Source of the DNA: an uncultured Solirubrobacteraceae bacterium
GTDB taxonomy: Bacteria; Actinomycetota; Thermoleophilia; Solirubrobacterales; Solirubrobacteraceae
NCBI GenBank assembly: GCA_964588985.1
Contig: CAZPQW010000012.1
Span: 1 to 46,863, forward strand
Reading direction: 5' to 3'
DNA length: 46,863 bases
Below the pieces are notes generated by a model. That model was not told the origin of the DNA. It saw only the letters and a program-made list of their open reading frames with translations, and ran no database searches. The translations under genes were made by a program, and so were the position numbers. Each line of letters starts with the position of its first letter. Positions within the stretch are counted from its first letter, which is position 1. Shown piece by piece: positions 22,021 through 31,140 of the stretch.

Positions 22021-22794
22021 GTGGATCAGATACCTGGCGTGACGCCCACAGACGTGCAGGCGCAGGAGCAGCCGCAGCCGCCCGCCGACATGGCTACCCC
22101 GCCGCAGCCGTCCGGCTTCGGCTCGCGCGGCCGTGTCCGCCGTCGCGCGCGCTTCCTGCGCAAAGCACGCGAGCTCGCCTACCGCGACCTCGGCGGCCTC
22201 GTCTACAACCTCCACCGCTTCGGTGCGCGCAACGACGCGCTCGTGCTCGCCAAGCTCACCACCGTCGGGCAGATCGACGCCGAGCTGCGCACGCTCGAAG
22301 CCGCCCTCGGCGAGCGCGAGCCCGTCACCGTCCTGCGCGAGGCCGGCATCAACGCCTGCCCTCGCTGCGCCGCCATCCACTCCAGCGAAGACCGCTTCTG
22401 CCCCAACTGCGGACTGTCCATGGGCCGCCACGCCGACCTCCCGATCGCCGGTGCTCCCGCGCCCACCGCCCCCACCCCGACGCCGCCCGCTGCCGCGACG
22501 CCCGCCCCCACACCCGCACCCGCACCCGCCACGACCCCAACACCTGCCGCCGCCACGCCGGCACCAGCAGCTGCCGCAGCGCCAGCTACTCCGAAGGCGC
22601 CCGAGCCGCCTGCGGCCCCCGCCCCGCCCGTCGCTCCCACCGCCACCCCCGCGCCCGCACGGCCCGCCGAGGCTGCCGCCGACACGCCCGCCACAAAACC
22701 CGACACGAGTACCGGACGCGCGCCCACACCGCCCACCAGCTCCGGCCCGGATCAACCCACCGAGATCATCCGCCCCGAGCCGTCCCAGTCATGA
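22021..22794 (+). CDS. Zinc-ribbon protein with Pro/Ala/Thr-rich tail
   Basis: Helical N-terminal domain (RELAYRDLGGLVY), CPRC-x10-CPNC and a low-complexity tail. Confidence 0.78.
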   Translation: MDQIPGVTPTDVQAQEQPQPPADMATPPQPSGFGSRGRVRRRARFLRKARELAYRDLGGLVYNLHRFGARNDALVLAKLTTVGQIDAELRTLEAALGEREPVTVLREAGINACPRCAAIHSSEDRFCPNCGLSMGRHADLPIAGAPAPTAPTPTPPAAATPAPTPAPAPATTPTPAAATPAPAAAAAPATPKAPEPPAAPAPPVAPTATPAPARPAEAAADTPATKPDTSTGRAPTPPTSSGPDQPTEIIRPEPSQS

Positions 22795-23348
22795 GCGTCG
22801 CGGCGCCGCCACCGCCGAGCGCCGGGACGCCGGCGCCCGCCGCCACCGAAGCCTGCCCGCTCTGCGGCGCGCCGCTGCACCCCGAGCAGGAGTGGTGTCT
22901 CAGCTGCGGCGCCGCCGCCCGCACGCGCCTCGCCGCGTCCCCCGGCTGGCGCGGCCCGATCGTCGCGCTCGTCGTCGTCCTCGTCCTGTCCCTCGGCGTG
23001 CTCACCGGATCGCTCGTCAAACTCGCCGGCGGCACACCCGTCGCCGCGACGCAGACCACCACCGTCACAACCAGCGCCGCCGCCACCTCACGGGACGGGT
23101 TCCTGCCCGCGACAACAGCCACCACGACCGCCACCACCCCGAGCGCCCAAACCGGCATACCCACCACCACGACCGCGACGACCACAACCGCCACCACGCC
23201 CACCACGACCGGCACCGCCACCACCCACCTCCCCACCCTCGGCAAAGTCAAAGGCAAAGTCAAAACCCCCGTCGGCGGCATCAACCTCGAACGCCTCAAA
23301 AAATCGCTCGCCGAACACCTGAGCAAAGCCGGGCTCACCGAAAAGTGA
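22791..23348 (+). CDS. Zinc-ribbon membrane protein with Thr-rich linker
   Basis: ATGA-coupled to the upstream gene; CPLC-x10-CLSC, one TM, Thr-rich stalk and Lys-rich end. Confidence 0.78.
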   Translation: MSVAAPPPPSAGTPAPAATEACPLCGAPLHPEQEWCLSCGAAARTRLAASPGWRGPIVALVVVLVLSLGVLTGSLVKLAGGTPVAATQTTTVTTSAAATSRDGFLPATTATTTATTPSAQTGIPTTTTATTTTATTPTTTGTATTHLPTLGKVKGKVKTPVGGINLERLKKSLAEHLSKAGLTEK

Positions 23349-24805
23349 CCGACGCTGACATCGCGGTCGTCGGCGCCGGCGCCGCCGGCCTTTACGCGGC
23401 GCTGTGCGCCGCGCGCGACGGCGCCAGCGTCGTGCTCGTCTCCGCCACACCGCTCGCGCAGACCGCCAGCTACTGGGCGCAGGGCGGACTCGCAGCCGCG
23501 CTCGCCGACGACGACTCCTTCGAGCTGCACCTGCGCGACACCGAGCTCGCCGGACGCGACCTCGTCAGACGCTCCGCCGCCGAGATCCTCGTCCGCGACG
23601 CCCCCGCCTGCGTACACGACCTGCAGGCGCTCGGCGTGCGCTTCGACGCCGACCGCTACGGCCACCTCGCGCTCGGGCTCGAGGGCGGGCACTCCGTCAG
23701 GCGCGTCGTCCACGCCGGCGGCAGCGCAACCGGCAGACGCGTCGTGCGCCAGCTCTCCGCGCTCGCCGCCGAAGAGCCGCGCATAACCGTGCTCGAGGGC
23801 GCCCGCGCCAAGGCGCTCTGGATCCACCACAAACGCTGCCGCGGCCTCGTCTGCGAGGACGGCCGCATCGTCTCCTCGCGCGCCGTCGTCATCGCCACCG
23901 GCGGCGCCGCCGCACTGTGGGCGCGCACCACCAACCCACCCGGCTCGCAGGGCATCGGCCTGTTACTCGCCCACGCAGCCGGCGCCGCGCTCGCCGACCT
24001 CGAGCTCATGCAGTTCCACCCCACCGCCGTCATCGGCGTCCCCGGCCGCGAAGGGTTCCTCGTCACCGAGGCCATCCGCGGCGAGGGCGCCACGCTCCAC
24101 GACGCCGCCGGCGAGCGCTTCGTCGAGGAGCTCGCCCCGCGCGACGAGGTCTCCCGCGCCATCCAGCAGAAGCTCCACGACACCGGCGAGCGCTCCGTAG
24201 GGCTCGACATGCGCGCCGTCGACCCCGCGCACTTCCCCAACGTCGTCGCCGCCCTGCGAGACGCCGGGCTCGACCCCACCCGCCAGCTCGTCCCCGTCGC
24301 CCCCGCAGCCCACTACATGATGGGCGGCATCGTCACCGACCTCGACGCGCACACCACCGTCCCCGGCCTCTACGCCGTCGGCGAGTCCTCCTGCACCGGC
24401 CTGCACGGCGCCAACCGCCTCGCCTCCAACTCCCTCAGCGAGTGCTTCGTCTTCGCCCGCCGCGCCGTCGCCCACGCGCTCGCCGCCCCCGCACACGCGC
24501 TCCCTCCCATCGACGACCGCGAGACCGACGCGCTGCACGCCCTGCCCGCCCCAGCCATCGCCCAGCGCGCCGACCGCGAAGCGCTCTGGAACGACGCCGG
24601 CATCGTCCGCACCCCCGACGGGCTCGCCCGCCTGCTCGACGCCCCACACCCACTCACCCGGCTCATCGCCCACTGCGCGCTCGCCCGCACAGAGAGCCGC
24701 GGCGCGCACCTCCGCGCCGACCACCCCCAGCGCGACCCCTCGCTCGACCACCGCCACGTCGTCGTCACCGGCGAGGACCACATCGCCTGGCAGACCTGGG
24801 CCTAG
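23345..24805 (+). CDS. nadB: L-aspartate oxidase
   Basis: GTGA-coupled; motifs GAGAAG, SYWAQGG, EGGHS, QFHPT, ELAPRD, HYMMGG, GLHGANRLASNSL and ESRGAH. Confidence 0.92.
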   Translation: MTDADIAVVGAGAAGLYAALCAARDGASVVLVSATPLAQTASYWAQGGLAAALADDDSFELHLRDTELAGRDLVRRSAAEILVRDAPACVHDLQALGVRFDADRYGHLALGLEGGHSVRRVVHAGGSATGRRVVRQLSALAAEEPRITVLEGARAKALWIHHKRCRGLVCEDGRIVSSRAVVIATGGAAALWARTTNPPGSQGIGLLLAHAAGAALADLELMQFHPTAVIGVPGREGFLVTEAIRGEGATLHDAAGERFVEELAPRDEVSRAIQQKLHDTGERSVGLDMRAVDPAHFPNVVAALRDAGLDPTRQLVPVAPAAHYMMGGIVTDLDAHTTVPGLYAVGESSCTGLHGANRLASNSLSECFVFARRAVAHALAAPAHALPPIDDRETDALHALPAPAIAQRADREALWNDAGIVRTPDGLARLLDAPHPLTRLIAHCALARTESRGAHLRADHPQRDPSLDHRHVVVTGEDHIAWQTWA

Positions 24806-25035
24806 AAGCCCACTCCGGAGCCCCTCCCAGCGCCCCGGCAGCGCCACCACGCGACCCGAGCCGGACCCCAACGGGGTCCCCTTAATAAGAAATCCGCAAG
24901 CCCGTCTTTATGTCGATCCTTTCGGATCGGACACGTGTTTCGGGTCGTGGAAGGTCTATGGGGCGATCGGAGTCTCCAAGGATGGCGGGTGTGCTCCCAA
25001 ACCATTGATCCCAACAGAGGGTGAGGAGTAGCGCC

Positions 25036-25470
25036 ATGTACCAGTTCAGTAGGGCCATCTACAGGGAGCTAGCGCCCCAGATCGCCGCTCCCCCCGCGGG
25101 CACGGCGCCCGCCGGCAACCACGCCGCCGTCCTGCACGCCTGCGAGGAGGTCATCACCCGCCTCGCAACCGACCGCCACTACTTCGCGCACCCCGCGCGC
25201 ACGCTGTTCGCCGACATCCGCAGCTACTTCCCCATGTCCGCCCAGGCGCACGTCCACGCCGTCGTCGAGTGCTACATGGGCTACGCCCAACGGTTCCTCG
25301 CCGAACACCCCCACGAGGGCTACACCGCCGTCAGCGGCGCGCCGCCGCAATGCCGCGCCACCACCCGCAAGGGCTCCGCCTGCCAGCGCACCCCCCTCCC
25401 ACACAACGGCTACTGCCCCTCTCACCAGCATCTCGCCGACACCGAGGACAGGGAGCTCGCCGCCGCCTGA
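25036..25470 (+). CDS. Hypothetical protein with C-terminal CCCH-type zinc knuckle (DUF5763-like)
   Basis: CRATTRKGSACQRTPLPHNGYCPSH; ATG 25036 follows GAGGAG. Confidence 0.75.
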   Translation: MYQFSRAIYRELAPQIAAPPAGTAPAGNHAAVLHACEEVITRLATDRHYFAHPARTLFADIRSYFPMSAQAHVHAVVECYMGYAQRFLAEHPHEGYTAVSGAPPQCRATTRKGSACQRTPLPHNGYCPSHQHLADTEDRELAAA

Positions 25471-25494
25471 GTCGGGCAGCTTAAGCTCCACGGC

Positions 25495-27543
25495 ATGCTC
25501 CTCGGTGTAGACGTCGGCGGCACCTTCACCGACGCCGTCCTCATCGACGCCCACTCCGCCGTCCACACCGCCAAGGTCCCCTCCACGCCCGCGCACGAGT
25601 CGCTCGGCGTCCTGCAGGCCGTCCAGCTCGTGCTCCAACGCGCCCGCGCCCACGCCAGCGACGTCACGCGCTTCGCGCACGGCATGACAGTCGCCACCAA
25701 CGCCCTCCTCGAGGGACGCACCGCGCGCACCGCGCTCATCGCCACCGCCGGCTTCACCGACGTCATCCAGCTCGCCCGCCAGAACCGCGCCCACCTCTAC
25801 GACCTCTGTCGAGCCGCGCCCGAGCCGCTCGTCCCCCACGAGCTGCGCTTCGCCACCCCCGAGCGCACCACGCCCGACGGCGTGCTGCAGCCGCTCGACC
25901 CCAACGCCGCGCGCACACTCGTCGCGGAGATCGCGCAAGCCCAGCCACAGGCCGTCGCCGTCGCGCTCCTGCACTCCTACGCCCACCCCCAGCACGAGCG
26001 CATGCTCGGGGAACTGCTCGCCGAGCTGCTCGGCGACGACGTCCACGTCTCGCTCTCCAGCGAGCTCGTCGGCACCTTCCGCGAGTTCGAGCGCACCGCC
26101 ACCACCGTCCTCGACGCCGCCCTCTCCCCGCTGTTGTCCACCTACCTGCGCGCGCTCGCCCGCGACTCCCGCCAGCTCGGGCTCGTCGAGCCGCTCGTCA
26201 TGCAGTCCTCCGGCGGACTCACCGATGTCGCCCACGCCAGCGCCCACGCCGCCCTCACCGTCCTCTCCGGCCCCGCCGGCGGCGTCGGCGGCGCCCTCAC
26301 CCTCGCGCGGCTCGCCCGCCTCGAGCGGGTGCTCTGCTTCGACATGGGCGGCACCTCCTGCGACGTCTGCCTCATCCACCGCGGCCGTGTGCCAGAGACC
26401 GCCGAGCGCACCATCGCCGGACGGCCGCTCTCCCTGCCCGCGCTCGACATCCACACCGTCGGCGCCGGCGGCGGCTCCATCGCCTGGCGCGACCAGGGCG
26501 GCGCGCTCCGCGTCGGGCCCGCCTCCGCCGGGGCCGACCCCGGCCCCGCCTGCTACGGACGCGGGGGCCAAGAGCCGACCGTCACCGACGCCAACCTCCT
26601 CCTCGGGCGCCTGCTCGACGACTCCCCACTCGCCGGCGGCGTCACGCTCGACCGCCGCGCCGCCGAGGCAGCCGTAGGGCGCCTCGCGCGCGAGCTCGAT
26701 ATGGAGCTGCTCGCATGCGCCGAAGGGATCGTCCGCGTCGCCGAGGCCGAGATGCTCGGCGCGCTGCGCGTCATGACAGTCGAGCGCGGCCTCGACCCGC
26801 GCCACTACGCGCTCATGCCCTTCGGCGGCGCCGGACCGCTGCACGCCTGCGCGCTCGCCACCGAGCTGCGCATCTCCCACGTCCTCTGCCCGCGCGCCTC
26901 CGGCGTCCTCTGCGCACTCGGCCTCGCCGCCGCCGCCCCACGCCGCGACGTCGCCCGCACCGTCCTCCTCGACGCCCGCGCCCTCACCCCCGAGCAGCTC
27001 CACCAGCAGCGCACCGCACTCGTCGCCGAAGCCTCCGGCGGGCTCGCCGCGCCACCCGTACGCGTGCGCGTACGCCACGAGCTGCGCTACCGCGGTCAAT
27101 CCTTCGAGCTGCCCGTCGAGGAGGAGCTCCACCCCAGCGCCCACCCGCGGCCCGCTCCGCTCGAGCCCCGGGAGCTGTGCGACGCGTTCGCCGCCGCGCA
27201 CCAGCAGCGCTACGGCTACCGCGACGACAGCGCCGACATCGAGCTCGTCACCATCCGCGCCTCCGCCTGGAGCCCAGCACCCGAGCTGCGCCCCACAGCC
27301 GCGCACACGCCCACGCCGGTCGCCGACATCCGCCGCATCGTCTTCGCCAACGCCGACCCCGTGCTCGCCGCCGTCTTCCACGGCGAGCTACCGCCCGGCG
27401 CCGCCATCGCAGGCCCCGCCCTCTGCGCGCTCGGAGAGTCCACCCTGCTCGTCCCGCCCGGCTGGGCCGGCGAGGTCGACCAGCACGGCACCATCCACCT
27501 CCACCACCACGACGACCACGACCACCACGAACGGGAGAGCTGA
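25495..27543 (+). CDS. Hydantoinase/oxoprolinase subunit A (ATP-binding)
   Basis: Motifs GVDVGGTFTD, LSGPAGG, DMGGTSCD, GAGGGS, SAGADPGPACY, TVTDAN and FGGAGPLHA. Confidence 0.93.
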   Translation: MLLGVDVGGTFTDAVLIDAHSAVHTAKVPSTPAHESLGVLQAVQLVLQRARAHASDVTRFAHGMTVATNALLEGRTARTALIATAGFTDVIQLARQNRAHLYDLCRAAPEPLVPHELRFATPERTTPDGVLQPLDPNAARTLVAEIAQAQPQAVAVALLHSYAHPQHERMLGELLAELLGDDVHVSLSSELVGTFREFERTATTVLDAALSPLLSTYLRALARDSRQLGLVEPLVMQSSGGLTDVAHASAHAALTVLSGPAGGVGGALTLARLARLERVLCFDMGGTSCDVCLIHRGRVPETAERTIAGRPLSLPALDIHTVGAGGGSIAWRDQGGALRVGPASAGADPGPACYGRGGQEPTVTDANLLLGRLLDDSPLAGGVTLDRRAAEAAVGRLARELDMELLACAEGIVRVAEAEMLGALRVMTVERGLDPRHYALMPFGGAGPLHACALATELRISHVLCPRASGVLCALGLAAAAPRRDVARTVLLDARALTPEQLHQQRTALVAEASGGLAAPPVRVRVRHELRYRGQSFELPVEEELHPSAHPRPAPLEPRELCDAFAAAHQQRYGYRDDSADIELVTIRASAWSPAPELRPTAAHTPTPVADIRRIVFANADPVLAAVFHGELPPGAAIAGPALCALGESTLLVPPGWAGEVDQHGTIHLHHHDDHDHHERES

Positions 27544-27546
27544 GCG

Positions 27547-29046
27547 ATGCTCGACGCCATCGAGCTGCAGGTGCTCGCCGGCGGGCTGCGCGCCGCCTGC
27601 GAAGAGATGGGCGTCGTGCTCATCCACTCCGCCCACTCCTCCAACATCAAGGAGCGCCGCGACGCCTCCACCGCGCTCTTCGACGCCCACGGGCAGATGG
27701 TCATGCAGGCCGAGCACATCCCCGTCCACCTCGGCGCCATGCCCGCCGCCGTCGCCGCCGTGCTCGACGAGGCCCACGCGCCCGGCGTCTCATGGATCCT
27801 CAACGACCCCTTCGCCGGCGGCACCCACCTGCCCGACATCACCGTCGTCACGCCCGTCTTCGCAGACGATGGGGAGCAGCTGATCGGCTTCGCCGCCAGC
27901 CGTGCCCACCACGCCGACGTCGGCGGGCGCGTCCCCGGCTCGATGCCAGCCGACAGCCGCACGCTCGCCGAAGAGGGCGTCGTCATCTCGCCGCGCGTGC
28001 TCGACGAGCCCACCGTCGAGGAGCTCGTCGCGCGCATGCGCCAGCCGCAGGAGCGCCGCGCCGACCTGCGCGCGCAGCTCGCCGCCAACCACGTCGGCGC
28101 CACGCGCCTGCGCGACATCGCCGCCCGCCTCGATCAGGCCGGGGGCGCGTCGTTGCGCGAGGCCACCGACGCCGTGCTCGACTACTCCGAGCGGCGCACC
28201 CGCGCCTGCCTAGCCGCGCTCCCCGACGGGGTGCGCGAAGCCGAGGACGTCCTCGAGGCGCCCGGCGGCGGTGAGGATCTCGTCCTGCGCTTGCGAGCCA
28301 GCGTCGAGGGCGAGCGGCTCGTGCTCGACTTCTCCGGCAGCGCGCCCCAACACCAAGGCAACCTCAACTGCCCGCTCGCCGTCACCCTCTCCGCCTGCCT
28401 GTTCGCCGTGCGCGTCCTCACCGACCCCGACATCCCGCCCACCGCTGGCGCATACCGACCGATCGAGCTGCGCGTCCCCGAGGGCACCCTGCTCAACGCC
28501 CACGCGGGAGCCGCCGTCGCCGCCGGCAACGTCGAGACCTCATCGCGCGTCGCCGACCTCGTGCTCAGCGCCTTCGGACGCGCGCAGGGCCAGGGCACCA
28601 TGAACAACCTCACGCTCGGCAACCCCGACTTCACCTACTACGAGACGCTCGGCGGCGGACAGGGCGCATGCGCCGACGCCCACGGGCCCAGCGGCGTGCA
28701 CGTCGCCATGAGCAACACGCTCAACACGCCCATCGAGGCGCTCGAGCGGGAATTCCCACTCCTGGTGGTCGAGTACTCCCTGCGCCGAGGGTCCGGCGGC
28801 GCGGGGACACACCACGGAGGCGACGGGGTCGTGCGCGAGATCCAGGCGCTCGCCGACATGACCTTCTCGCTCATCGGCGAGCGCCGCCTGCACGCCCCCC
28901 GAGGCGCCCACGGCGGCGGCGACGCGCAGCCCGCGCGCGACACGCTCGACGGCGAGCCGCTTCCCGGCAAGGTCACCGGCACGCTCTCGCCGGGACAGCG
29001 GCTGCGCATCGAAACGCCCGGAGGGGGAGGATATGGACATGCCTGA
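27547..29046 (+). CDS. Hydantoinase B/oxoprolinase subunit (metal-binding)
   Basis: Motifs NIKERRDAS, HIPVHLG, NDPFAGGTHLPD, HHADVGG, YYETLGGG and ETPGGGGYG. Confidence 0.93.
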   Translation: MLDAIELQVLAGGLRAACEEMGVVLIHSAHSSNIKERRDASTALFDAHGQMVMQAEHIPVHLGAMPAAVAAVLDEAHAPGVSWILNDPFAGGTHLPDITVVTPVFADDGEQLIGFAASRAHHADVGGRVPGSMPADSRTLAEEGVVISPRVLDEPTVEELVARMRQPQERRADLRAQLAANHVGATRLRDIAARLDQAGGASLREATDAVLDYSERRTRACLAALPDGVREAEDVLEAPGGGEDLVLRLRASVEGERLVLDFSGSAPQHQGNLNCPLAVTLSACLFAVRVLTDPDIPPTAGAYRPIELRVPEGTLLNAHAGAAVAAGNVETSSRVADLVLSAFGRAQGQGTMNNLTLGNPDFTYYETLGGGQGACADAHGPSGVHVAMSNTLNTPIEALEREFPLLVVEYSLRRGSGGAGTHHGGDGVVREIQALADMTFSLIGERRLHAPRGAHGGGDAQPARDTLDGEPLPGKVTGTLSPGQRLRIETPGGGGYGHA

Positions 29047-29941
29047 AAGCCCATCGAAGGAGCGCATCGGCTTCCTCGGCCTCGGGATCATGGGCTCGCG
29101 CATGGCCGCCAACGTCGCCCGCGCCGGCTACCCCCTCACCGTCTGGACGCACACGCCCGGCAAGGCGGAGCGCTGGTCCGCCGAGCACGGCGCCACCGCC
29201 GTCGACACGCCCGCCGCGGTCGCCGAGCGCAGCGACGTCGTCGTCAGCATGGTCGTCGACGGCGCCCAGGTCGCCTCCGTGCTCGGCGGCGAGCACGGAG
29301 TCGCTCACGCCGCCCACCCAGGGCTGCTGTGCGTCGACATGTCCACCATCGGCCCCACCGCCGCCCGCCACGTCGCCGCCCAGCTCGCGCAGCTCGGGGT
29401 CGCCATGATCGACGCGCCCGTCACCGGCTCCTCGCCCCGCGCCGAGGCCGGCACGCTCACCATCATGTGCGGCGGGCCGACCCGCGAGTTCGAGCGGGTT
29501 CGCCCGCTGCTCGACGTGATGGGCACGCTCGTCGTACACGTCGGCGAGCTCGGCCAGGGGCAGATGCTCAAGCTCATCAACAACACCCTCGGCGCGATCA
29601 ACGCCGCCGCCGTCGCCGACGCGCTGCTGCTAGCCAAGGCCACCGGGATCGACCTAGACGCGCTCGTGCAGGTCGTATCCGCCGGCTCCGGCGCCTCGTT
29701 GCAGCTCGAGATGAAGTCAGGCCCGATGCGCGAGCACGACTACACAACCCTCTTCAAGGCGGAGCACATGCTCAAGGATGTACGCCTATGTCTACAGGAG
29801 GCTCAGAGCGCTGACACGCCGTTCCCCTCAGCCGCGCACGCGCAGGACCTCCTCACGGCAACCATCTCACGGGGTCTCGGCAACAGCGACTACGCCGCCA
29901 TGATCGAGGCCGCCGAGGGGCTCGCCGGGCGCCGTTTGTAG
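29033..29941 (+). CDS. NAD(P)-dependent beta-hydroxyacid dehydrogenase (MmsB/GlxR family)
   Basis: Motifs GFLGLGIMG, DMSTI, DAPVTG and catalytic Lys in KLINN. Confidence 0.9.
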   Translation: MDMPESPSKERIGFLGLGIMGSRMAANVARAGYPLTVWTHTPGKAERWSAEHGATAVDTPAAVAERSDVVVSMVVDGAQVASVLGGEHGVAHAAHPGLLCVDMSTIGPTAARHVAAQLAQLGVAMIDAPVTGSSPRAEAGTLTIMCGGPTREFERVRPLLDVMGTLVVHVGELGQGQMLKLINNTLGAINAAAVADALLLAKATGIDLDALVQVVSAGSGASLQLEMKSGPMREHDYTTLFKAEHMLKDVRLCLQEAQSADTPFPSAAHAQDLLTATISRGLGNSDYAAMIEAAEGLAGRRL

Positions 29942-29955
29942 CCCTTCCTAACAAC

Positions 29956-30006
29956 CCCAAACTGGCTAAGCGGCCAGAAAAACCCCTCATTTGCAGGGGA
30001 TTTGGG
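29956..30006. repeat. Y-shaped palindromic (REP-like) element
   Basis: Outer stem CCCAAA/TTTGGG enclosing the hairpins CTGGC/GCCAG and CCCCT-CATTTGC-AGGGG. Confidence 0.45.
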
Positions 30007-30112
30007 ATTTTCGCTCAGGTTTCGTATCTTTAATGGAACGGCGGCTGTTCTTTCGCGAGAACGGCCGCAGATCACAGCAGTTGTTTCCCTCTCATCTCGT
30101 TTCGTCTTCTTC

Positions 30113-30760
30113 ATGCCAATTGCTTTCAAAGAATGGGCCGTCACCGTCCGCGCCCTAGCGGAAGGTGAGCAGCTCATAACACTCCGCAAGGGTCTCCCGC
30201 AGCAGGTGGACAAGCCCTTCACGCTCGCCCACGAGCGGTTCTTCCTCTACCCCACGTTTGACCACCAGCCCGGTGACCTCGTGCGCGAGTCCCACCAGCC
30301 CGAGCTGCGCCGCGCGCTCGAGGAGGGCGTCTGGAGCGACGGCGAGCCGCCGCTCAACAGCTTCGTCTCCGGCGTTCCGCTCCAGCAGCCCGACCGCGTG
30401 CGCATCCGCGCCTGGGCCGAAGTGACCGACCACTTCACGATCGTCGACCCGCGCTGCGTCGACGCGCTCTCCCCCTTCTACGTCTGGACGCCCGACTACG
30501 CCGAAAAGCGCCTCGGCTGGCGCGGCCGCCAGCCGCTGCACGTGCTGCTGCTGCGCACCTACCGCATCCCGCGTCCCGTCACCGTCAAGGTCAAGGACGA
30601 CTACATCGGCCCCAACCCATGGGTCGAGTTGCAGCGCGAACTGCCGTTCGAGGGCACGCCCGTGCTCTCCGACGCCGAGTTCGAGCGCGCCTCCGAAGAG
30701 ATCCGCTCGATCACCAGCGAAGCCGCTGTGCCGTCGGACCAGCAGCCAGTGCTGGTCTAA
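30113..30760 (+). CDS. DUF1802-family protein
   Basis: MPIAFKEWAVTVRALAEGEQLITLRKG...FFLYPTFDHQ...PVLSDAEF. Confidence 0.85.
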   Translation: MPIAFKEWAVTVRALAEGEQLITLRKGLPQQVDKPFTLAHERFFLYPTFDHQPGDLVRESHQPELRRALEEGVWSDGEPPLNSFVSGVPLQQPDRVRIRAWAEVTDHFTIVDPRCVDALSPFYVWTPDYAEKRLGWRGRQPLHVLLLRTYRIPRPVTVKVKDDYIGPNPWVELQRELPFEGTPVLSDAEFERASEEIRSITSEAAVPSDQQPVLV

Positions 30761-31140
30761 GACCTCTCGTCGTCGAAAGCCAGCGCTTCGCGCGCCGCCT
30801 GCGCCCCCGACTCGGGGACCATGATGTCGCGCGGGCCCGCCGCCATGAAATCGGGGACATCGGAGCCGCCGGAGCGACGCAGCATGCTGGGGATCCCCTC
30901 CTCGAGCAGCAGCCCCGCGATGAATTCGGCCTCCGGCTGACTGCCGCCGCGCGCGACCTTCACCAGCTTGCCCTCCGCGTACTCCGGCTTGATCTTGCGC
31001 GCCGTCTGACGACGCTCGCTCAACGCCGGCTCCTCGGTATCCGTCGCGCTCACCAGCGGCATCCCGCACCGCTCGCAGAAGCGCTCGCTCGGCGGATGGG
31101 CTCGCTCGCAGCTCGGACACCGCAGCGGCCCGCCATCCAT
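30757..31140 (-). CDS. Zinc-ribbon plus DUF2007-like (PII-like) protein
   Basis: CPSC-x10-CERC followed by EAEFIAGLLLEEGIPSM...DIMVPE...AREAL; TGATG-coupled to mec. Confidence 0.75.
   Translation of the reverse strand: MDGGPLRCPSCERAHPPSERFCERCGMPLVSATDTEEPALSERRQTARKIKPEYAEGKLVKVARGGSQPEAEFIAGLLLEEGIPSMLRRSGGSDVPDFMAAGPRDIMVPESGAQAAREALAFDDERS

Noticed and set aside
22450-23230. CCG/ACC-rich quasi-repeats as a tandem repeat or CRISPR array
   Set aside because: They encode Pro/Ala/Thr low-complexity linkers; no fixed repeat-spacer period and no cas genes.
20976-24805. 790-aa and 890-aa ORFs as giant fusions (zinc ribbon or NadB with long N-termini)
   Set aside because: Upstream parts are off-frame read-through of the GT4 and zinc-ribbon genes; ATGA/GTGA couplings define starts at 22791 and 23345.
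24950-25010. c-di-AMP (ydaO) riboswitch, suggested by TGGGGCGATC
   Set aside because: The other conserved elements (GCTGAATCC, GGAACCGGGG, CCCGTCAGCTAAC) are absent; kept only as an unknown structured leader.
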